A stretch of DNA of 64,000 bases from Balanoglossus misakiensis (taxonomy: Eukaryota; Animalia; Hemichordata), in the NCBI GenBank assembly GCA_040954595.2, contig CM082598.2:6649097-6713096 (forward strand), read 5' to 3'. The notes below the pieces were generated by a model. It had not been told where the DNA came from and made no database searches. It was given only the letters and a program-made list of their open reading frames with translations. Of this stretch, positions 12,501 to 23,800 are shown one piece after another. Position numbers and translations under genes: made by a program. Numbering within the stretch: position 1 is the stretch's first letter; each line of letters starts with the position of its first letter.

Positions 12501-15500
12501 ACAGTCTGTTGCCCTCCTACAGGAAATAAGCATAGTTTGGTTAGCACAGATGTTTGATCAGTTTCCACATAAATCTTCACATCTCTCAAATTTCTCTTTT
12601 ATTTCCCCTTTGATCGATATCGTCCATTCTGCAAAGCTTGGCTACTTTGTGCTGAGAACAGTCTGTTGCCCTCCTACAGGAAATAAGCAAAGTTTGGTTA
12701 GCACAGATGTTTGATCTGTTTGTTCATAAATCTTCACATCTCTCAAGTTTCTCTTTAATTTCCCCTTTGATCGATATCGTCCAGTCTGCACAGCTTGGCT
12801 ACTTTGTGCTGAGAACAGTCTGATGCCCTCCTACAGGAAATAAACATAGTTTGGTTAGCACAGATGTTTGATCTGTTTGTTCATAAATCTTCACATCTCT
12901 CAAATTTCTCTTTTATTTCCCCCTTGATCGACATCGTCCAGTCTGCAAAGCTTGGCTTCTTTGTGCTGAGAACAGTCTGTTGCCCTCCTACAGGAAATAA
13001 ACATAGTTTGGTTAGCACAGATGTTTGATCAGTTTCCACATAAATCTTCACATCTCTCAAATTACTCTTTTATTTCCCCTTTGATCGACATCGTCCAGTC
13101 TGTACAGCTTGGCTACTTTGTGCTGAGAACAGTCTGATGCCCTCCTACAGGAAATAAACATAGTTTGGTTAGCACAGATGTTTGATCTGTTTGTTCATAA
13201 ATCTTCACATCTCTCAAATTTCTCTTCAATTTCCCCTTTGATCGATATCGTCCAGTCTGCACAGCTTGGCTACTTTGTGCTGAGAACAGTCTGATGCCCT
13301 CCTACAGGAAATAAACATAGTTTGGTTAGCACAGATGTTTGATCTGTTTGTTCATAAATCTTCACATCTCTCAAATTTCTCTTTAATTTCCCCTTTGATC
13401 GATATCGTCCAGTCTGCACAGCTTGGCTACTTTGTACTGAGAACAGTCTGATGCCCTCCTACAGGAAATAAGCATAGTTTGGTTAGCACAGATGTTTGAT
13501 CTGTTTCTACATAAATCTTCACATCTCTCAAATTTCTCTTCAATTTCCCCTTTGATTGACATATGCATCCAGTCTGCACAGCTTGGCTACTTTGTGCTGA
13601 GAACAGTCTGATGCCCTCCTGCAGGAAATAAACATAGTTTGGTTAGCACAGATGTTTGATCTGTTTCTACATAAATCTTCACATCTCTCAAATTTCTCTT
13701 TTATTTCCCCTTTGATCGACATTGTCCAGTCTGCACAGCTTGGCTACTTTGTGCTGAGAACAGTCTGATGCCCTCCTACAGGAAATAAACATAGTTTGGT
13801 TAGCACAGATGTTTGATCTGTTTCTACATAAATCTTCACATTTCTTAAATTTGTCGTCATATTGGAGATGACATGTGATTATTCCAAATTGGCCAATGTT
13901 TCTTCTGACAATTCTACTAAATGTCACTGTAGTTGTTGGCTAGATCTTCTTCTATATTGTGTAGGTTGCATAAATAAATTGGCCACATTCAGTAAATGTT
14001 CACTAACATTACATCACTGTCAGTTGTGATGTAATCATTCTTTGAAAGAAAATCATAAAAAGTTAAGTTTAAAATTGGTTATGCGTAATGTTATTTGTTT
14101 TGCAAATTGTCAAATTTCAGGTTGTTTGTCAATTACTGGGAGTAACTTTTCTTTCTGTATCAACTGGCAGATATTTTCACAGAATTTATTTAGCTCGATC
14201 GTTTAAGTACATGTATAAAACTGAATTATACATCTTGTGTTTAGAGTGGATACAGTTTCTGTTTGAATGCCATAAGCGAGTTTGCGATGACAATTTGTTG
14301 TTTGTTTGTTTGTTCATTCATTCATTCGTTCATTTTAAGAAATTAACCTCATTTGACATTTCAGTTTTTTTTGGACATTCTCATCATGCTCCTCCTTCAT
14401 TACTTACAGGTTGGAGACACCCCTTTGCATCATGCAGCAAGGGTTGGTGATGAAGGCCGTGTCAGATTGTTATTGGAACACGAAGCTGATGTGACCATAC
14501 AAAACAAGGTAAATACCAACATCACTTCTGCAGGTTAATTCTATTCAGGTTAAAACTGTATTGACCAATCAGCACGCTCGATATTAATGTCCAATCACAG
14601 CCATGCATTAAATGGCCTTTACCTGACCCCTTTCGTGAGTGTAGCGCCAGCAGCGGGAGAAAGGGGGCAGGGTACCAGACTAAATACCAACCTAATTTCT
14701 GCAGCTTAATTCTATCAGTATGGAAAGATTTATTCATTTATTTTTTTGTTTGTTTGTATGTGTGTGCTTGTTTTTTTGTTTAAGGAAAATTACACATTAC
14801 GTTTAATTTTTGCGACATTATTCTCATGCTCCTCCTTCATTACTTACAGAATGGAGACACCCCTTTGCATGGTGCAGCAAGGGATGGTTATGAAGGCCGT
14901 GTCAGATTGTTATTGGAACACGAAGCTGATGTGACCATACAAAACAAGGTAAATACCAACATCACTTCTGCAGGTTAATTCTATCAGTATGGAAAGATTT
15001 ATTCATTTATTTGTTTGTTTGTTTGTTTAGGAATCCTCACAGTATGTTTCAAATGTTATGACATTGTTCTCATGCTCCTCCTCCATTAAGGCTGCCGCAC
15101 ACGAGAGAAATCAGCTGAGCAAAAAGTCATTCGAGGAATTTTGCTCAGCAATTTTCCTTCTGTGTGCGAGCGATTTTTCCTGACCTTTTTACTTTTGCGC
15201 CGCGGATCACGATATTCAACATGTTTGAAATTTTTTTCCTCACGAGAAAAATTACTCACTGTGTGCGCCGAACAAAGTAATTTTACTCACGTATCTAGCC
15301 TAATTGCGCATGCGCCGGCATCACTTGACGACGATACGAACCTGACTTCTGCAGATTAATGCTATTAGTATAGAAACATTTATTTATTTGTTTGTTTGTT
15401 TGTTTGTTTTTGAATCCTCACAGTATGTTTCAAATGTTATGACATTGTTCTCATGCTCCTCCTCCATTACATACAGAAATACTCACCAGTACGGTGTTGG

Positions 15501-18500
15501 CAAGAAATTAAGTTACTCACAATGAAAATGCTTCATAATAATGGATGACCACAGACAAGTTCTCTACCTCTGATAATGATAACAGTAATTTCACTCACTT
15601 TCTGAACATTAATGATCATCAAAGTCATCTCTAGTCATTAGTCTAAACAAAGATTTCCCATCCATGTAAATTTTCTGGTCTCATGCAGATCTATAGAATT
15701 TGATCCAAATCAGTTTTTCCTCAAAACTGTCAAGATAAGTAAAGGCACAATCTACTGTCTGTATTTTTCTTTGTAACAGACCTGATGAGAGACAGACATT
15801 GTAAAAATTATAAATTTCATGAAAAGAGATCATTGTTTAAAGATTAAAATCAAATATTCATCCAACCTCTGGACTAAAATCATGAGGGTATCTATCAAAT
15901 ACATTGGTCTGGCTATTTTGCCTTCTATGGTTTGCAGCTTTTGAAATTGTTCATCATTATCTGTTATCTCTAAACAAAGTCAAATTGAACATTCTGACAT
16001 GGTGGACCTAATACACACAATGCATTCATTTAATTCAACTCTATCATTTAAAGCTACATTGACGTGGAGACATCCAACTCAAAAAAATATGTCACGGCCA
16101 CCATGGTCCCATTTAGGGATTACACAGAAAGAGTCTACACCGGAGTACATATACAGACACACACACACATAGAGAGATCAATAGGCAAACACTGACTGAG
16201 CCATAAGCTGCCATTTGCATGTGAAATGTACATAGACCAAATAGAACAGCTGGTCTCTTTAACAGTTAGCCAGTTATGTAAACATGGAGGAATTTGCTGT
16301 GTATACAAATCTCAGAGGGGTGCCTTCCCCATTACAAAGAACTATGTACTGGTAATTGTTCTTCTTGAGATAAAATTTTTTTGTGGTATGAGACAAAATA
16401 TCCTACAAAATATAAAAGTTCCAAGTTGCCTATGATTTGATTTCATAATATTTCTAAAGAAGCCAGTCCCATTAACTTACAACTCTAATTTTAAAGTAAT
16501 CAGCCATACAGAATACACTTTCTGAGAAATTTAATTTTTTATCAAAGTTGGAAAATATGCTCCCAAAATACAAAACATTGCCCCCCACAAAACATTGACA
16601 CTCTAATCATAGGTTTTGTCAATCATCATGAGAACTCACCCAGGAACTTTCAAATCAAAATTCAAAGCAATGGGGGTAGAGGGTTCTGAGAATTAGTTTG
16701 ACCAAAAATACACTAAATGTATTGAATTCTTCACGTTGATTTGAAAATACATACATGCAAATCTTACTTGGGGTACCCCTAGGAACATGTCTTCCAAATT
16801 TCAAAGCAATCTGACAAGCAGTTATAGAGAAAACATATTTGATCAAAAAGGCAAAAATGATAAATATGCAAATTTTGCAACAATTTAAACAAAATTATGG
16901 TAACTCAGATCACATATATGAAGCTTCATACTAAATTTCAAAGAAGTCAGCGGATCAATTCTAGAATAGTAAATTTTTTTACCAAAAATGTGACATAATG
17001 CATAAAGAGTAGAAAATTCACACTACTAGTATTAGCTCAAAACGTACAGAACCGTGTGAACACAACTTCCATCCTGCTTGTATGATATGAGAGTAAAAAT
17101 CTCGCCAAAATAATAAATGGTAAACACCGATTATTCATTTTGGCGAGTTTTTCACTCTCCCGAGAGAGACTTTGTTCCTTTAATATTCATGAGTTTACTT
17201 TTCTTGTTTATATACACTCTTATAAAGATTGGCTATTACATCAAGTTGACAACCCCCGCACAAGTACCTCATGTACATAAACAAAAATAGTCTGGTGTGT
17301 GGAGCCGCCTCCCCTTTTTACAGGAAGTACTTTCGAAATATTTTGATGCAATCAGTCCACACTCATGATCAGTTTTGTGTCAGAGTTATAGTCATAGCAA
17401 CATTTCGAGTAAGACTTTACCAGAAGAACTTGTTTTTGTTGTGGCTCTGATTGGGGCCATTTTAAACTGGGGTTTGTTTGGCAACTTTTAGGACCGAAGG
17501 ACGGAAGCGCAGCCGTGGTCACATCACACATGCCATGTGGGGGACTTGCTAGGGGTGGGGGTGCTTGTTGACGGTGCCGAGAAGAGTCGGCCAGTTTGAG
17601 CTTGTACTTCAGGCCGAATAGCGAAGTGCCGACCCTATTTACCTCTTATAAACTTTATAAAGTATAATACATTGTAACATTAAATTGTTCAGTCAGACGA
17701 TTTTTTTCATCATTCTGAGCAACACGGCGGCAGCATTTGGATTGCTCTTTCTCTTGGAAATAGCTCAAGCTTATGACACATGAGGTCTGTGCGACTCCGC
17801 TCCTCAGCTTCTCATCACTGTCCGTCACTTACCCAATCATTTCAAAGGGGTGATCAAGATGGCCAGAACAGCCAATTTTAACCAACCAGGTTCAATAACC
17901 TGAGAAAAGGTGCTAAAAGCATGCAATAGATATATTGACGAGATAAACATTCAGAACAATAGGATTAAGGGAGGTGTGACTGGTCCAACCTGTTCAGTTT
18001 TAGTGTGGGGCACGGCTGGAATGGTTACACAAATGTTCTTGAAAGTTTGTGCTATTGTGGCTTTCAATGGGATCTCTTATGAAGAGTTTTGTTACTTTTG
18101 TTTGTTCTTGATATGTCATGAAAAGAATGACTGCATTCAGTGTTTCATTGCATTTCATTACATTTGCCACACATTCCCATTGGCCACAGTGTCCACTCAA
18201 GTCTTGCTTTGGTTATTAGACTTTTTGATGCAGTGTGATGGAGAAAGGGAATCAGTGTTAACTTTCTTCAGATGATTTTTTGTGTGAAATTCATTTTTTG
18301 TATTTAAACACTATTTCTACATATAACTAGTGACACCATTGCACAACTTGATATTGTTGGACCACTCAGTAGAAATTTATTTTAATGATGATTGATTTAT
18401 CCCTTGTCACATAACATTTCTCTTTTATTTCCCCTTTGATCGACATCGTCCAGTCTGCACAGCTTGGCTACTTTGTGCTGAGAACAGTCTGATGCCCTCC

Positions 18501-20756
18501 TACAGGAAATAAATATAGTTTGGTTAGCACAGATGTTTGATCTGTTTCTACATACATCTTCACATATCTCAAATTTGTCATCATATTGGAGATGAGATGT
18601 GATTATTCAAAAATCTTCTGACAATTCTACTAAATGTCATTGTAGTTGTTTGCTAAATCTTCTTCTATATTGTGCAGGTTGCAAAAATAAATTGGTCCCA
18701 TTCAGGAAATGTTCACTAACATTACATCACTGTCAGTTGTGATGTGTTCATTCTTTGATAGAAAATCATAAATAAAGTCCAGTTTAAAATTGGTGTATTG
18801 GTTATCCGTAATGTTATTTGTTTTGCAAATTGTCAAATTTGAGTTTGTTGGTGAATTATTCGTAGTAACTTTTCTTTTTGTATCTACTGGCAGATATTTT
18901 GTCAGAATTATTTTACCTCGTTAAAATGCATGTATAAAACTGAATTACACATCTTGTGTTTAGAGCCGATACAGTTTCTGTTCAAATGCCATTTACTGTT
19001 GGTTAATATTATCAACAAAGGGAGTTTGTGATGACAATTTGTTGGTTGTTTGTTCATTCAGTTGTTCATCTTAAGAAATTAACTTGTGTGACATTTCAGT
19101 TTTCTTGACATTCTCATCATGCTCCTCTTTAATTACTTACAGCATGGAAACACCCCTTTGCATTATGCAGCAGAATGTTTTCGTGGTGAAGGCCGTGTCA
19201 GATTGTTATTGGAACACAAAGCTGATGTGACCATACAAAACAAGGTAAATACCAACCTGACTTCTACAGATTACTTCTATTGGTATAGAAACATTTATTT
19301 GTTTGTTTATTTGTTTATTTAGGAAACCTAACAGCACGTTTCAAATTGTATGACATTAATTGTTCTCCTGCTCCTCCTTCATTACTTACAGGATGGAGAC
19401 ACCCCTTTGCATTATGCAGCAAGGGATAGTGGTGAAGGCTGTGTCAGATTGTTATTGGAACACGAAGCTGATGTGACCATACAAAACAAGGTAAATACCA
19501 ACATCACTTCTGCAGGTTAATTCTATCAGTATGGAAAGATTTATTCATTTATTTGTTTGTTTGTTTGTTTAGGAAAACCTCAGAGTATGTTTCAAATGTT
19601 ATGACATTGTTCTCATGCTCCTCCGCCATTAAGGCTGCCGCACACGAGAGAAATCAGCTGAGCATAAAGTCATTCGAGGAATTTTGCTCAGCAATTTTCC
19701 TTCCGTGTGCGGGCGATTTTTCCTGATCTTTTTACTTTTGCGCTGCGGATCACGATATTCAACATGTTTGAAATTTTTTTCCTCACGAGAAAAATTACTC
19801 ACTGTGTGCACCGAACAAAGTAATTTTACTCACGTATCTAGCCTAATTGCGCATGCGCCAGCATGACTTGACGACGATACCAACCTGACTTCTGCAGATT
19901 AATGCTATTAGTATAGAAACATTTATTTATTTATTTGTTTGTTTGTTTGTTTGTTTGTTTGTTTGTTTAGGAATCCTCACAGTATGTTTCAAATGTTATG
20001 ACATTTTTCTCTTGCTCCTACTCCATGACATACAGAAATACTCACCAGTACGGTGTTGGCAAGAAATTAAGTTACTCACAATGAAAATGCTTCATAATAA
20101 TGGATGACCACAGACAAGTTCTATACCTTTGATAATGATAACAGTAATTCAGGCACTCTATGCAAGTCAAAACACAGTATTTCACTCAAACAAACACTTT
20201 CTGAACATTAATGATCATCAAAGTCATCTCTAGTCATTAGTCTAAACAAAGATTTCCCATCCATGTAAATTTTCTGGTCTCATGCAGATCAATAGAATTT
20301 GATCCAAATCAGTTTTCCCCTCAAAACTGTCAATATATATAACGGCACAATCTACTGTCTGTATTTTTCTTTGTAACAGACCTGATGAGAGACAGATATT
20401 GTAAAAATTATAAATTTCATGAAAAGAGATCATTGTTTAAAATATTAAAATCAAATATTCATCCAACCTCTGGACTAAAATCATGAGGGTATCTATCAAA
20501 TACATTGGTCTGGCTACTTTGCCTTCTATGGTTTGCAGCTTTTGAAATTGTTCATCGTTATGAGGAAATGTATCTGTTATCTCTAAACAAAGTCAAATTG
20601 AACATTCTGACATGGTGGACCTAATACACACAAAGCATTCATTTAATTCAACTCTATCATTTAAAGCTTCATTGACGTGGAGACATCCAACTCAAAAAAA
20701 TATGTCACGGCCACCATGGTACCATTTAGGGATTACACAGAAAGAGTCTACACCGG

Positions 20757-20820
<64 letters not shown>

Positions 20821-23800
20821 TCAAAAGGCAAACACTGACTGAGCCATAAGCTGCCATTTGCATGTGAAATGTACATAGACCAAATAGAACAGCTGGTCTC
20901 TTTAACAGTTAGCCAGTTATGTAAACATGCAGGAATTTGATGTGTATACAAATCTCAGAGGGGTGCCTTCCCCATTACAAAGAACTATGTACTGGTAATT
21001 GTTCTTCTTGAGATAAAATGTTTTGTGGTATGAGACAAAATATCCTACAAAATATAAAAGTTCCAAATTACGTATGATTTGATTCCATAACATTTCTAAA
21101 GAAACCAATCCCATTAACTTACAACTCGAATTTTAAAGTAATTAGCCATACAGTATACACTTTCTGAGAAATGTGATTTTTTATCAAAATTCAAAAATAT
21201 GCTCCCAAAATACAAAATATTGCCCCCCCCCCCCAATAAAAAAAATTATTATACACCGACTGCTGTAACCTATGGAGTTCCGTAATACAATAATTCGCGG
21301 TATCACCGTACAATAATTATTCAAATGAGGACGCGGAGTCCAATAACACCAGGGTTATTGGACGCATTGTGACTTTGACCTCACAGGACTGGTGATCAAT
21401 GTAAACAATGATGATATTAACCCAACTCTGACGAAAATTTATATAAAAAAGTACACAGCCGTTATTAAACAAAATTAGTGGTGACCCAAGATGCGAAATA
21501 AGTCAAAATCCACGCTGAAATTTCAGTCAAAAGAATCTGTGAACGAACAGGCGAGCGCGTTCATTTCAAGTTCCAGAACGAGCTCAGCGCAAGCAGCGTA
21601 GAACGTCGCGCGCGAGACAGGCAGTTCGACACTAGCATCACCTGATGCGCGAGGTGAAGGCGCGTTCGATATGCAAATTACATCATGGCGGCGTCTGAAA
21701 ACTAGAAAGTCCGACAGCGGCCTATTTATTCTTTATCCTTCATCATGGACGTCCGGAAAAGGTGTACAATAATAAGGTTATTCACAAAATACCGGGATTT
21801 ATGTCCTCATACATCGTACGCTTCGGTATTGTCCTCGACGCTGCGCGTCTTGGACAAAACCTGCGATGCACGATGTACTCGGACATAAATCCTGGTATTT
21901 TGTGAATAACCTTATTATATTGACATTTTAATCATAGGTTTTGTGAATCATCATGAGAACTCACCCGGGAACCTTCAAATCAATATTCAAAGCAATGGGA
22001 AAGAGTTTGACCAAAAGTACACTAAATATATTGAATTCTTCACGTTGATTTGCAAATCTTACTTGAGGTACCCCTAGGAACATGCCTACGAAATTTCAAA
22101 GCAATCTGACACGCGGTTTTAGAGAAAAAACTATTTAGTCAAAAAAGGCAAAAATGAAAATATACACATTTTGCAACAATTTAAACAAACCTATGGTGAT
22201 TCAGATCACATATATGAAGCTTCATACTAAATTTCAAAGAAGTCAGCTGATCAATTTTAGAAAGAAGATTTTTTTACCAAAATTGTGAAAAAATGCATAA
22301 AAAATAGAAAATTCTCATTATTAGCTCAAAAACATACAGAACTGTATGAGGTTAACACAAGGTACATGCATACCAATTTCCAAATCAATATGACCAGTGG
22401 TTGTTGAGTTTCTGAGTTTTGACCGATTTCTCGTTTTACCCAGCTAATTTGCATATTTTGGCAATGACAACTTCATTTGAACAAACTCCTATCTACAGCC
22501 CTTAATGCATCTGCACACCAAATATTGAGGTGATATGCGCAGCGGTTTTCAAGTCATTGATGTGGATGAACACACATCCATCCATCCATCCATCCATCCA
22601 TCCATCCATTCATGCAGGTTTGAATTGTTTGAAACTTTCTTTTACTTTTTAATTTGAATCTGTGTCACTTTAATAAATAATTATCTATCTATCATAACCA
22701 AATGGGACAAAATGATATAAGCACCCTAAAAACTATCATGCACACCTTATCTTTTTGTACCTCTTACACCGTGTTGTCTGTTTTTGTTTCTTTGATAGGA
22801 TGGCAACACAGTACTCCACATGGCAGCAATGGGCAGACCGTCTTGGAAGGATTATGGTAAAGTCGTGAAACTATTGTTGCAATATGGTGCTGATATTGAC
22901 TGCAAGAATAAGGTACAATCTTCCACTTTTTTATTCCACGACATTCTATGACACATACTCCAGACCTACACCATGTGTTCTGATCAACTCCCATTTTGTC
23001 AAGTAGTTAATATTCATAATCTTTGAAATTGAAATGCACAATTTTATAAAATTCTTGAAATTGCCTGAACACTATCACTCCAAAATGAGTTTGCACAATG
23101 GTCCACTTTCCATTGTAGTTTTCATGGTAAATTGTGTCTAGGATACAATGTATCTATTTACCATTGTTCTTTTAATCAAAACTATCCCTCTATCAGGGCA
23201 TGGTGTTGTACAGTAAGGTGTTGACCCATGACGGTCAATGCCAATCCTATCGCTGAAACTTTCTATCTCTGTTTTCAGCGATGTGGAGAGCATATTTCTG
23301 TCGGCCTCCAGCATCTGCCAACTCCTGTCTGTCACCTAATAATCTAACAATTCACAATAAGGAGGGTTGTTTTTCATTGGTTATGCTCTATCTTATTTGG
23401 GTTTTAAATAATACTGTACTTTTGGTAAGAGTTTTTGATACAATGTGATGGAAAAGAGGAATCAGTGTTAATTTTCTTTAGGTGATTGTTGATTTTGTGA
23501 AAATCAGGTTTTGTTCACTATTAAACATGTCACTTGATGTGGTTATTTTTTTCATGAAAAATTTAAGACAATTATCTTTAAATTACATTATAATTTAATG
23601 AATTTTGATTTATGGTTATCTGTAACATTATTACTACTTTTATAAATATTAACATCATAATTAATGTTTCAATTCTTTTTATCCCAAATAAATAAGACTG
23701 GAAAGACACCACTTGATGTCGCTGAAAATGAGTCTAGTAAGGAGGTGCTGTCGGATTACATTCAGGTGAGTGAAATATTTATATTACGATGAATTTTAAT

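Larger units (their letters stand above)
14850..19260 (+). repeat. ~4.3-kb intragenic segmental duplication, copy 2
   Basis: Collinear with 3941-8345 (A3 corresponds to A6, A4 to A7). Confidence 0.9.

Noticed and set aside
11332-13927. Repeated minus-strand ORFs (..CEDLCRNRSNICANQT..) in the 157-bp array as a repeat protein
   Set aside because: The unit length is not a multiple of 3, most units contain stops, and there is no splice structure.
3403-19490. DGR-like pattern: hypervariable codons vary at positions 1-2 with a fixed third T, and RT genes lie nearby
   Set aside because: No invariant template repeat, changes are not adenine-restricted (e.g. cgt/tgt, ggt/cgt), and the RTs are ordinary decayed Gypsy and LINE remnants; selection on amino-acid changes explains the pattern.
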